A DNA stretch of 64,000 nucleotides, from positions 930,001 through 994,000 of the forward strand of contig NW_025766237.1 of the NCBI RefSeq assembly GCF_003918875.1. The letters are read 5' to 3'. The position numbers were made by a program, and so were the translations under genes. The notes below the pieces were generated by a model. That model had not been told where the DNA came from. It worked only from the letters and a program-made list of their open reading frames with translations, and made no database searches. Every line of letters starts with the position of its first letter. Position 1 is the first letter of the stretch. The stretch comes from Haliotis rubra. Its lineage: Eukaryota. This document shows positions 23,060-36,700 of the stretch, in pieces.

Positions 23060-23338
23060 TAACGTCACGTGACACAAGCAAAGACGGTAAACAATCAGCA
23101 AGTGACCTCAGTGTGGCGCGTTGTGATGCTGTAACTGTTTTGACTCTTTACGCATGAGGTGTGACCGGCCAGCGTTCCCAACATGCGAGGGAAAATCTAT
23201 ATATAGCGTGACCTACCTAATGTGAATACGTCGGGTCATCAGCATAATGATTGAAAGTGGGTGATGACGTAAAATCACCCGATCGGCTGCTCGCTGTCGA
23301 TTGGCTAAAGTCTCGTGGTGAGATTCAGTCACAACAAA
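23060..23338 (+). promoter_or_regulatory. SREBP promoter region with E-box/CLEAR-like, SRE-like and CCAAT motifs
   Basis: GTCACGTGAC (23064-23073); inverted pair GTGGGTGAT (23257-23265) / ATCACCCGAT (23274-23283); ATTGG (23300-23304); CTCGTGGTGAG (23312-23322). Confidence 0.6.
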
Positions 23339-24670
23339 ATGGCCGACAACCTGAACTGGCCGATCGGTCTGGATAATTTGCCTGATCTAGGACCAGACTT
23401 ATTGGCAACAAATGATCTTGAAAGTGGCGGACTTGGTAGCGTTGATGGTAAAGTATATTTTGACCAAATTTGAACTTTCTGCCGTATTTCATTCCAAAGA
23501 TACCAAACATGTACCATCACGCCTGAACGCGGCGAAATCCCTGAAATTTTACTACGAGAGAGTGGTTAGCGTAGCTTGGTATTTGTATGTATGGTTGCAA
23601 TTGGCATATGTCAACGACACACGTTGATGGTCTGCTACAGAAACTCTCATTACAATTAATTATGAAGCTATATTTTATCCTCCCACACGCCTGTCATGTA
23701 TAGAGTGAAGCGTTAGAAACACCGGGCTTTCGGCACTGGCTCAAACAACCCCAACCCTCCAACCTGTATGTTCAAGGGGAAAAGGAAAATAAATTGGAAG
23801 TGTTTTTTCTTTTATATCGCCAGAATGTCTGTTGACAAAAAGGAGGGGTTTGATTTACTACTGATTTCGAATTCTATTAATGAAGTATTTCTGTCTGTCC
23901 ACCATTATTTCTAGTCCGCCTTCGGAAGACACTTGCGAGTAAGGCTCATATACACGTCTAGGGCGAATATTGTCCCGAGAATCAGGAAAACTACTTAATC
24001 GCCCGATTTCCAAAGAGAAATATGATAGACGTATTTCATCATTTGGATTATGTAACAAGTTCATACTACCTATTCATGGGAAAAATAGCGTACAGCTCTT
24101 TCCCCAAAGATACTATCCATGGCGATGCTTGGTATACTATATTTTACAAAGGTGGGTAACCCCTCCCACTCATATTATTACCACAATACTATTATGCCGC
24201 TGGGGAACCTTCTCAAAACATGTATGAATGTTTCCATCTTTGTTAGCTTTACTGTAGAAATGCATCAGACTTACTTTTAGTGAACATATTTGGAAATCTT
24301 GATTGCTCACATTTCAGATATTCTGAAATATATCAATGGGGATAATCCAACTGGTGACCTCTTTGACCTGCCTTTGGTGAAACAGGAGCCGGATACATTG
24401 ACAGCTGAACCGCAGCCAGTGTATGTAGAAGCAACCTCAACAGCAGCACCAACAACACCAACAATACCAACAATAGAATTGGTACAGCCTGTACAAGCTG
24501 TTAAAACTGAAACCCAGCTTGAATCAATTAGTGAATTGTTGAATCAAAATGCACTCAAAACATTGCTTGAGATTAACATTGACAACACATCATTTGGCAG
24601 TCAACTGCAGCAGGTTGCTGCTCGCATGCAGGCCGTGCAAAAAGTTCAGAGACTTGCACAGCAGCAGCGC

Positions 24671-24703
<33 letters not shown>

Positions 24704-27700
24704 ACAACAACTTCAGCAACTGCAGGCACAGACTGTACAGATACAGCCACAAGTGCAAATACAAACTCAGCCACAGGTGCAAATACAAACTCAGCCACAG
24801 GTGCAACAGCGCTCTCCTCAGCAGCAGCTGAAACTGATTTTGCAACAGCCTTTGGTTACGACGACGACAACCCAGGCTCAGCCTCGTACCCAGGTGCAAC
24901 AGTTAATACAACAAGCAGTGTCTTTGCAGTCTGCAGCACCGGCTGCAGCCCCAGCTCCGACACCGGCACCTGCACCCACACCAGTACAGCAGACGACAAC
25001 AAATGTCAGTCAGCTTAGTTTGCAGCAACTACAACAGGTTTGATATGCCCCCTCCTTCATATGTCAGTCTTTGTGTTGAACGACATTGAACCAATGAAAG
25101 CACAAAATCAACTTACTTTTAAGATATTTGTTCTCAAACATATCAAACAAGATTGGAGTCTCTGAGACAACTTTGTTTTTGCTTAAAACCATATGTAATT
25201 ATATTAATGCAGAACATTTTGATTTGGTTCGATATCATTTTTGATGTACAAAAAATCGAACATATTTTCAAAAGGTCAGCATACATGTAAGCTAATTGCA
25301 AGTTTAGTAAGAAACATATTTCCTGGTTTGTAATATTACAAGTGGGTATGCTGATTAAATGAAACACCGAGAACAAGAATGGATGGTTTCTACGGTAGTC
25401 TATGTTAACGCTCATCACGGACCACGCATGCATTTGTTTCACTATTCCAACTACTGCGCGTACCCCCTTGTATTACAAACCAATAATAGCGATTTGAAAC
25501 TATGATGGCAAGGTAAAATCATGAGGATTCACAATCTTAATTTCACTTTATGTGATTTACTTTTTGGTTTAAATTGAATTTCATCGGTACGTTTTCACTG
25601 CAAACAGACTATAGTTGTTGTTCAGTAATGTTGTTAACCATGGTAATAATGAAAGTATTACTTATATTATTTCACCTCACTCATATGAAATATTTGTGTC
25701 TTTTCCAAAGTTGTTCACGTCGGCCTTTTCTGTTTTAGTTGCTGCTTCAGTCCCAAGTTTTGAAGACCACCACTGTGAGTGAACCAACACCAACTGTTGT
25801 GTCAATTTCTTCTCCAGTCACTACAGTCAATAATGCGAACACTACTGTTAGCAGTGTGACATCATCACCGGTGCAGACAATTGTTGCTGGGGGCAACACC
25901 ATACTCACGAGTATTCCTATCCAAGTTGTAGATGGTGACAAGGTACCCATCAACAGACTCAATACCATGCCCAAAAAAGCACACAAAGGGGAAAAACGCA
26001 CAGCACACAATGCCATTGAGAAACGTTACAGGCTCAGTATCAATGACAAGATTGTGGAGTTAAAAGATCTTGTAGCAGGAACAGAAGCAAAGGTAAGGCA
26101 AATTGAGATGCAGAATTTCCTTGTACTCTGGTGAACATTGCTGTGATCCGTGTGTCTCACGACATCTCTGCAGGATTTACATAGATGTTAAAACGAGTCC
26201 GATAACTCAAAGTAAAAATGTTTTTGGGAGTCTTTTTCTATGTATGGGAGTCTTGAAAATATTTTGTTAAATGATTCCATTATTCATTCTAAAACAAGTA
26301 AAGCGAGGGTTGGGATCTTGTGATATTTTCTTTCCTGGATCATCTTGGCATGGTTAGTAAGTAGTAGAAGATCAAAGACTTTGTATAAGAAATGGTTAAA
26401 CTTGAAGTCAGTACTTGATTTTCAAGTATTGTAATTTGCAGTCCAAATTGCATTTATGACTTACTTATTCCAAGAACTAATATCTGATGAAGAACTGAAA
26501 TGCATCTTCAGAACTTGGAATTCAAGGTAGTTCCTTGAATTCCAAGTTCTGAAAAGTTCTGTTCCTATTAATGACCACTAGATGCCAACTTGGCAGTGTT
26601 GTCTGATTACATGATGCATCAATGTGAAATGTCTGTTGTAATATTACTTTGACCTCAGATTTTCAATTGTTTGTATGGTTTCTTTGCTTCAGCTGAACAA
26701 ATCTGCAATTTTACGGAAAGCGATCGATTACATCAGATATCTGCAAAACAGCAACAACCGCCTGAAACAGGAGAATATGGCTCTCAGGATGGCAACCAGC
26801 AAGCAAAGTAAGGAGTTCACTGAATATTACCAACTAAAGTTGCATGGGTTCATTTTGGAAGGTTATTCTTAACTGACTCAGGGGTGGAAATAACTTTAAA
26901 ATTGCTAGTGTACACCGGTACAGTGGCACATGTAACATCACTTGCCCTGATAATTTTTCCACTATACTGGCCGTTTTCTTGTTGATTTTTTAAATAAACA
27001 ATATAATAAACATTGGAAAGTCAACTGGACACCGGTACAGTGTAATATACAAATTTGCTTGCCCGACAGAAAAAAACACTGGACTCGGACGTCGGGCAAT
27101 GGGTTATTTCCACCCCTTTGACTAGGTCCTATTACCATGATTACCTATATTTTTGTTGTTTCAGATCTGGAGGAGTTACTGACATGTAAAAAGGAAGCAG
27201 GTGCATTCCCAATGACACCTCCAGTGTCTGACAACTCAGAGCCTGATAGTCCTCTCTCCAATGACAGTATGATGGGTAAGGGATTTGAAATTCAGTGTGA
27301 ATATGATTATCATGAAACGATAATATGTATGGTCATGTTTTTGTGATTGATGCCAGAATCCCTATTCTTTGATTGTTGGTATTATCACTTGACTTAAGAC
27401 ATGATAGGACAGACTTGAATGGTGCTTTTCTGTAGGGTCAATATTTGATGGTTTTTCTTTTATTTTGCAGATGATTCTGGTGATGAAGAGGATAGTCAGT
27501 TTGATATCACAAGTGGTATGCTGGATCGATCTCGTATGGTCCTGTGTGTGTTCATGCTTGGTATTCTGGCATTCAACCCATTCAATTCAATACTTGGTGG
27601 TAGCAGTAAAGTCGGTATGGAGGCACAAGTCGGGCTTGGACATGGAGCTAGTAGACATCTCAATTCGCTTGGAAACTTCTCACAAGAAGCCACCAGTGAG

Positions 27701-30700
27701 TTTTCAAAATTAAGTTTATCATAAGATGTAGCTTTTCACCCAGAAGTTTGTGTTGCTAACTAGAGTATTAAGTAGGTACATTGAAAGTATATATGCCCTT
27801 TATAAACAGATTTTCAGTCCTCTTAAACGGCGAATAAATGTTTTCATATGTGACTTAATTTTAACATTGGTGTCCTTATTTTAAGTTTTGTTGCTGATTC
27901 TCCTTTTTAGTTATTTCCATCTGTACTGTAGAATAATCTGATGCATAGATGGTATTTTTTTGCAAGACCCGCTTTAGCAAACAATGTCTTTTTTCCATAG
28001 AACATGTTAAGCATCATCCTCGATAATCTCCAGAGTATATGTTACGATAACTCTCCACTATACCCTGGACACATCTACAGTTCCGCCGGATAATTTTATT
28101 ACCTCCCTTGGCTGGCATTTTATCCAATCAGGTGTCTACGCTGGGAAGTTGAGCGGACCGATCACAACTCACTTTTGCTTCTTGAATTATCTAACCGATT
28201 AAACTTGGCAACACAATTGATGCAGAGGTACTCTGAAAGAGGTTGAAGAAGTTTTTGCATATGTTTTTTTAAAGTTTCAGACCTGTAAATTTGTCTATGA
28301 TTTCCCCCCAAATCTGAGTCGCACTGCGAATAAACCTTCGCGGCAGCGACCACTATCTTTGTTGACACTGGCAAGCTCGGTTGTAACGGCGTCTTAGCTG
28401 ATTGGCTACTGTGAGAATGGGGAGCCAGCCAAGGGAGGTAATATAATCATCGGGCCAAGCCGTAAATGCGTCTAGGGTATAAAGGAGAATTATCGTAACA
28501 CATACCCTGGAGATTATCGAGGATGGTTAAGCATGTGGAGAGGTACTTTTTAACTGATATATTTTCACATGCCTGAATTTAATGTATTGCAGGTGGTTAC
28601 CAAGGCTGGTTTAACTGGATGTTTCCGACACTCTTCCTGTGGCTGATGAATGGTGTTATTGTTGCTGGTGTACTTGCGAAGTTATTGATCTACGGTGAAC
28701 CTGTCACTTGCAAGAACTCAAATGCATCAGTGTCATTCTGGCGCCATCGGAAACAAGCTGATACTGACATCATGAGGGTAAGTAAGAGCTTTGGTTATTC
28801 ATTTCAATGGTGATAGTGATGGCTAAGTCAACGGGGAAATTTTCATGAAAGTATGTTGTGCAATAAGTAATTATTCCTCTGATGAAAAGGGGGCGTTGGG
28901 GTAGCCTAGTGGTTAAAGCTTTGGCTTGTCACGCCGAAGACCTGGGTTCGATTCCCCACATGGGCACAATGTGTTAAGCCCATTTCTGGTGTCCTCCGCC
29001 GTGATATTGCTGGAATATTGCTAAAAGCGGCGTAAAACTAAACTCAGTCAGTCAGTCTGATGAAAAGAACTTGTTCTCAATTACCAATTTTGACTGGTGG
29101 ATTGTTTAGAAATAATATGACTAGATTTTTATCTAAAACAAGTAGTCCTTCCAGATTTAAATTGTCTGTGGAATTTTAAGCAGTTTTGGTAAGTCTTCTT
29201 TACTGACTTACGGGGTGGTGGGGTAGCCTCGTGATTAAAGCATTCGTTCATCATGCCGAAGACCCGGGTTCGCCCATTTCGGGTGTCCCGTGCCGTGATA
29301 TTGCTGGAATATTGCTAGAAGCAGCGTAAAACCAAACTCACTCACTTATTGATTTACCTCATCTTCCAGGGAAGCTTTTCGGCTGCATCTAACCAGTTGC
29401 GACAATGTCTACAAGCTCTCGGTCGTCCCCTTCCTACTTCCAAGTTGGACATGCTTTCTGGTGTTGCTTGGCAGTTGGTACGCCAGGGACTTCACCGTGT
29501 TTACCTAGGTCGATGGTTGTCCAGCAAAGCAGCAGGTTGGAGGAACAACATCAAGAGCAGTGATGTGAAGGAATCTGCTCGGGATGCTGCTATTGTCTTC
29601 CACAATCTGAACCAGCTTCATCTGTCAGGTTTGTTCTTTAACTGTGTTAACAATGCAGCTTGAAAGTGTAACGTGATAAAACACTGCCTTTTCATGTCAT
29701 ACATAGAACAACTCTTCTCTGTATCTTGTACCATGCGTAATGTAGGGCCATAATTTTGATTATTGGTATTTGTTGGTAAACTGTACAAATAACTAGATAT
29801 GTGTCCAATAAAACTATGTGCTATAAGAGATGCCAAAAGACTATATAATGTGCTTAATGTGCTTGACAGTTTGTTGATGAAATATTTGCTCTTCAGGTGA
29901 GTTGAGTGGTGGATCTCTCTGGGGTTTGAACCTGGCTCTGAGTGCAGTCAACACAGCAGAAGCTGCCCGAGAAGCTATGTCACGGACTAATCTGGTGGAG
30001 ATATATGCCACGGCTGCTCTACAAGTCAAGACTTCCCTCCCAGAGAAACTGCATTTTCTTGCTGTGAGTGTTGTAGCAAGTTTATGTTAATGTTCTCTTT
30101 TCAAGTGTAAGCATGATGTAGTCTTCTATTCTTTATCCGTAGTATTGCAATTGATGACCCATCTTGATATTGATTAATAGAATTGAGGAGTCCTGATAGT
30201 CTATCTGCTAGTTAAATCAGTATGAGAAGTAAAGGCCGTCATGGGGTAGAATTAATTTCTTTGGGTGTATTTTATTTATCATTATTTGATTCTTTCGCTG
30301 AGTGAAAGGAACCAAGTTGTCTCATTCACCATATTTCGCTCAGTTGCCTCACTTGAAGCCTATGGCCTTGGGGTTGACAACATTTTGTTCCTTGTGAATG
30401 ATGTTTCTTCTCTGAATTACAGCGCTACTTCCTCAGTCGGGCCAGGAGAGTGTGCTTGAAGTATGGAGATAGAGTTGGACCTCATGTTCAGTGGTTGGCT
30501 CAACCCGAGGGACACCGTTTCTTTGTGGACTCCAAACTGAAAGTTGAATCAAAGGACACATTTCTCTCTGCTCTTGACAGCCAAGGTAATTAATTTAAAT
30601 GTTAATTTGCAAGATTTTTCCTTATCCTGACTCATGCTCTTTTTGCTTGTCTTCTTCTTCTTGCGAACATAGTGGAACACTTGTATCTCCCTAATTGAAG

Positions 30701-33700
30701 CTCCCTTCAATTTAAAATCACTAATTAGTATTCACCACGAGTTACCTCCTTTCCACAAGCCGGGGAACGAGGGAGCCACCTCTACCCATGTGCCTCACTC
30801 TCTCTCCTTCTTAAGCCCAGTGAGCTGGGCGTGAGGCGCCTGTGTCTCCGACACACTATATCCTTTGATTTATATTTAGTTAGTTACCTCGTTATAGACA
30901 TCTATAGAGGTTTAGCTAGTATCCTTCAGCGATTATATATTGATATTTAGTCGTTTTCTACAGTTTATTCACGGGGCGCCGTGTTTGTTTCAGTGGATTA
31001 CGTTGATGAAAATTCTGTACTATTGCAGATTCGTTTTTATGCTGCTGCTGATCCGCCTTTAATATGATGTAATGCAGAGCCATTTTATTATATTCACACT
31101 GCAGTTGCGGTACTAATTTATCAATTCTACCTTTTTATTAATATTTACTGCGTTTGTACGCACAGCAGATAGGTCAGCGTATGCAGAGTCTAGTATGACT
31201 GATACGGAACCCCTCGCCAGTCTACTGCTGTTGGCCGACTCCCCTCCGTGTGGTGTTCCGCTAGAGTGGTGGAGAGGTGTGGGGCGTAGTCCGCCATCTC
31301 CAAGAAGCATCCTGCTTCCCCAGACATCCCATCGTCGCAGCAGAAGACTAGAGGTTTTCTACTACATCTCAACAGCGAGACCGTTCCCATCCGAAGTTTT
31401 GGGCCTGTATGATGATCAGCCGGTCATCATACGGTTGTACATCAAAGATTGACCGATGTCGGCACAGATCAGCATGCAGCCTGATGTACCAACGCCAGAT
31501 ATCGATGATGCGTCCTGAGGGTCCCATCATTACCAACACTCAGCGCCAGGCGTCGCACCCAGGGCAGCGTCGACCTCTGAGGGAAAATCAGCGAAGTCTA
31601 CTAGGACTTTCTCAGCGAGATTGTTCCAACCGATGACCTGGACCTCTACGATGATCAGCTGATCATCATCCCGGCGTCTCGCCACAAGAAGCGACCGGTG
31701 ACAGCTACAGCGACATCAGCAGAGATCACCATGCAGCCTGATGCCTCTACACTGATGTCGGACGATTTTCCGGTGGACCCCTCCATTAACACCGCAGATA
31801 AAGCACCGGCGACCTGCGTCGCAGACCATCCCAGAAGACATGATCGACAAATTATGAACATCATGGAGGACCAATATCTCGCGTGTAGCAGGGTCGAACG
31901 CCAGCGAAGGCTCCAACGTAGACAACACCCCAGAGGCACCCCGTCAGCGTAGCAGCCAGGGCGATGTCACCTTCGCGAAGGAAGTCACGGACCACCTTGG
32001 CCAGGACCTAGATGTACAGCCTTTCGCGAAGGCCTTCCAGCGAAGGAAAGGACCTAGATGTACAGCCTTCGCGAAGCGGAAAGAACCTAGATGTACAGCC
32101 TCAGCGAAGGACTGCTTGCGAAGGCAGGATAGATCATCACCTTATCGCGGTTTCATCCCTAGATGTGGACTCGGACCATCAGACATCACGGAAGCCTTAG
32201 CGAAGGTCATATCGTCGTTCCCCGGACCGGACGCAGAGGAAGCTTCGGCGAAGGCATCTTCAGCGAAAAGGACACCTGAATCCAGATCATCATCATCTAG
32301 AAGGACATCGAGGGACTATACAAGAGCTTGTGAAAACTATCAACGTTCCCTCACAAGTCTCGAGAAGATCAACCCATAGACAAGTTGATCATCGATATCA
32401 AGTATAAGAACTACAATCATTATATTGGTTCTGTTGAATCCATGGCGAGGCGGTATGTTAAGCTGGCCTAAATAGATCTAGAGCGATCAATTAGACACTT
32501 ATCACCAGACTTAGTATACACGACTTACAGATATGATAAGATGATCCATGCGCGGCCCTACTTAGGCAAGCAGCCGTGATCCCACATCCTGTTAAACACA
32601 GAGGCTGTTCACGAAGCAAAGCGCTCATATATATATTTATATATATATATATATATATATACTAATCGGGCTTTGACTCTCGACACCTTCGCGATGGTCG
32701 CGAAGGCTAAGTGTCAAGTCTACTTCACCCAGAAGATCTAGAAGGGATACTTCGAGAACTTCGCGAAGTCTCCGGCGTTCACCGAGGAAGTCTCCTCCAA
32801 GGTTTCCATATACTAGCCACTTTCGTCATATATAGCTACTTCGTCAGTCCGTTCAAGGCGTCGCATATAAGTTGATTATCAACTGTATGCCAGATGCCGA
32901 TCTATAAGCCTACTGCGAAGATAATTGCTTAGGCTATTTACAACACAGAACGTCAGCTGTATTATTAGTCAACGACATTTCATAGATCTTCACGAAATCA
33001 ACTATTCGTTATAAATTGCTAATATACAATCCCGGACGGCGATACGATTATCTACATGCGTGACCATTACGCATATCTGCAGACAATTCAATATCGAAAT
33101 TGAACAGCAGCCTTGTTACAGCGGCAGTATAACTCTTAATCGTCAAAGTTTCTGAGAAGAAATATGTACAACAAGTTCAACGTTAATTCTACAATTATGG
33201 CGATACATTCATGTATACAGTCTACAAGCTCACAACTTACAAGTTGTTTATACCCTTATATATAAGGAAGTCGAATTATATTCAAAACTGAAATTATTTT
33301 CCGACAACCAGGAAAATAACCTACCCAGCATAAAATTACAGAGCGAGATATTTCGGCGGAGGTTTCAGCGGTTACCATTAACCCTCGAAACACGTGGTCA
33401 CTCGGATAACCGGAAGCTACGGTGAAGACCGGCGTTTATGCTAATATCAACGGCGACAAGAATTTATTCAAGGTGGGTTTTTTCCCGCTACACGGTGACA
33501 TCACAGCCGGGTATTTATACAGAATCAAAATGCCTTGTTCTGATTGGACCCGCGAGGGACAACGACCTACACAGAGGTCGATCTCTGTTCACAGTTCAAG
33601 ACTTACGTCTGAAGTGACAACTACATATCAGTGAACGAGCAAGCCTCATTTACAGTCCAGTTAACCTGAACATTCATGATTAGACTGCCTTTCTTCAAGT

Positions 33701-36700
33701 TAGAGACCTCCCTGTCAAGTTAAGGCGAGGATCGGGCAGTCGAGGCGATTTTACATAAAGTTCAGCGAGGACAGACACACCTGGTTGTGCACCTACATCG
33801 TCAAAGGACTTAGCAGCGAATTACCTGAGCGAAGATACAAGTGGATCTAAATCCACAAGCGTTTCAGACTACAGCTGAATTTCATCAAGCGACTAACACA
33901 ACTAGATGGTTAGTAAACCTACTAAACTTCTGTTTGGAGAATAAAGCGGAAATTTCCGCTTCAACCTGGGGATATGAATATGGTGCTCCAACACCTCACA
34001 AGTGAGGTTTATGAACACGCCTGGATGACATACTTGGACCCCATGATACGATGATTCTATCAAGATGGCCAGCAAGAGCACTGTAAATTTATCTCCACCA
34101 AACCAAACAGGAGGAAAAATGCAACAGATTATTTCCTCTATCATCAACTTACGCAGAGTGAAGTCTCATGTACTATATCTCCATTTGGATCAGAACTGTC
34201 ATACTACTACGTGCATATGCGGGATGGACCTATTCCGACCCTCCATGAGCTTAATACTCATGATATTATAGCTACTTAACTTCTAGAATTGTTCTACACA
34301 AATGTGATTGAAATAATGGAGGTTTATTTCTGAAAATCCGATATGGTGGTTGCAAACCATTATCTGAGAGATATCACCACGAGGCGTCTCAGGTATACAC
34401 CAATTGATCCCATGGTCCTCGCACAACAGCTGACAGTTCCTCGGAGAAGATAAGTCAATCTAACAGATTTTTACTTATCTTATAACAATACTAAATAGCT
34501 TCATGCTATATATAATTTACTTAAGTTCCTTTTATCATCACAGTACTATGATTATTACATCATACAATATATAAGTTAACAACTCTACAGAGTTTGTTAT
34601 TATATATATTTACCTTAAGTTATTCATATCTTAAGAGTAATACTATGGTTACATGATAAATGCATTAGCTAACAAACTCTACAGAGTTTTTGGCTATTTT
34701 ATACATAGCTTAAGTTAATTAAGCTAACAAACTCTCTGAGTTTTACTATTATATAGGTAACCCAAGCTAATTATACCTTAAGCATAGTACTATACTCATA
34801 TTATTAAAATATATTGGCTAACAAACTCTAAGGAGTTTTGCTATTATATAGGTAGCTTAAGCTTATTCATATCTTAAGCTTAGTACTATGTTTATATCAT
34901 ATAAGTAGATTAGCTAACAAACTCTAAAGAGTTTTTGCTATTTGGCTTAAGTATCATCATATTTCTAAGCAATATGGTTATATTATAACATGTATTAGCT
35001 AACAAACTCTACAGAGTTTTAGCTATTATATATGTAACTTAAGCTTATTCATATCTTAAAGCGCAGTACTATGTTTATATCATATAGGTATATTAGCTAT
35101 CAAAACTCTAAAAGAGGGTTTTGCTATTATATATTTCGCCTAAGTTTCATCATATTTTAAGCTTTATGGTTACATTATAACATATATTAGCTAACAAACT
35201 CTACGGAGTTCTTGCTATTATATATGTAGCTTAAGTTTTCCTTCATAAGCTCAATACTAGGTTTATATCATAGCTAACAAACTCTAAAGGGTTGTTTTCG
35301 CTATTATACAAATAGCTTAAGTTCATTATATCTTAAGCACACTACTATACTCATATTGTAAAATATATTAGCTAACAAACTCTACGGAGTTTTGCTATTA
35401 TATATGTAGCTTAAGTTAATTATATCTTAAGCACACTACTATACTCATATTGTAAAAATATATTAGCTAACAAAACCCTACAGAGTTTTGCTATATATAT
35501 GTAGCTTAAGTTAATTATATCTTAAGCTCAGTACTATACTAATATTATAATATATATTAGCTAACAAACTCTACAGAGTTTGGCTATTATATATGTAGCT
35601 TAAGTTAATTATAGCTTAAGCACAGTACTATACTCATATTATAAAAATATATTAGCTAACAAACTCTACAGAGTTTGGCTATTATATATGTAGCTTAAGT
35701 TAATTATAGCTTAAGCACAGTACTATACTCATATTATAAAATATATTAGCTAACAAACTCTACAGAGTTTTTGCTATTATATATATAGCTAAAGCTTATT
35801 CATATCTTAAGCTCAGCATTATATCTATATCATATAAGTATATTAACTAACAAACTCTAAAGAGTTTGCTATTATATAATTAGCTTAAGTTTAATCATAT
35901 CTTAAGCTTAGTACTATGTTATATCTTAAAGTATTTTAGCTAACAAACTCTAAGGAGTTTATACTAGCATATTAACAAGCTTAAGTCTATTAGTCTTAAG
36001 CATTGTATTAATGTTATATATACTTTATCATAATAAGTACATGGTAATAACCTTTTATATGGCAGCTGATAAGTTAGCAGCAGGAATTCATCAGTTCAGT
36101 GCCTTTATGAAGTTCCCATAGGGTTATTACAATCATCACAGTTCAAATCACTAATTATTAAAAATCCAAAGTATTAGTATTCCCACCTCCGTTCCGTAGG
36201 ATGCTACAAGCAAAAAGAGCATGAGTCAGGATAAGGAAAATATGTAATTTTTGAGTAAAATTGATATTTTATAAAAAGGAGCATGAGTCAGGATAAGTAT
36301 AAAATATCAATTTTACTCAAAAAATTACATTTTTCTAAAGGTGAGGGACGGTGCCGTCCCGTGGCTACAATGTGTGAAGCCCATTTTTGGTGTCTCCAGC
36401 TGTGATGTTGCTTGAATATTGCCAAAAGTGGCGTAAAACCACACTCACTCACTCTAAAGGCAGTGCCTTCCCAATGTTTAAATGTCACACTTGTTATTTT
36501 CAGTGGACCCACTAGCTAAGGTTACACAAGCCTTCCGAGAGAACCTGTTGTCGCGGGCCTTGTATTCCTTAGTTGCTCCTGAACACCCAAACAGGTGAGA
36601 ATAGAGACGTTAGTGTACTACTTTATACTTACAAGTTGGATGCTACACTGAGCAATGTTCCAGCTATATGATGTTTGCTTGTAGATATGGAACCTGGACC

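Noticed and set aside
24669-25018. Ala/Thr-rich tail of the 242-aa ORF as a mucin- or antifreeze-like protein
   Set aside because: It is an out-of-frame reading of the SREBP polyQ region. Splice phase supports the Q-rich frame.
28890-28965. tRNA genes at A/B-box sequences
   Set aside because: They continue into a SINE body and tail with TSDs, have no poly-T terminator, and occur as many diverged copies.
31113-32379. Cluster of GC-richer ORFs as a nested gene (also 49222-50164)
   Set aside because: They lie within DIRS boundaries and are best explained as fragmented gag-like remnants.
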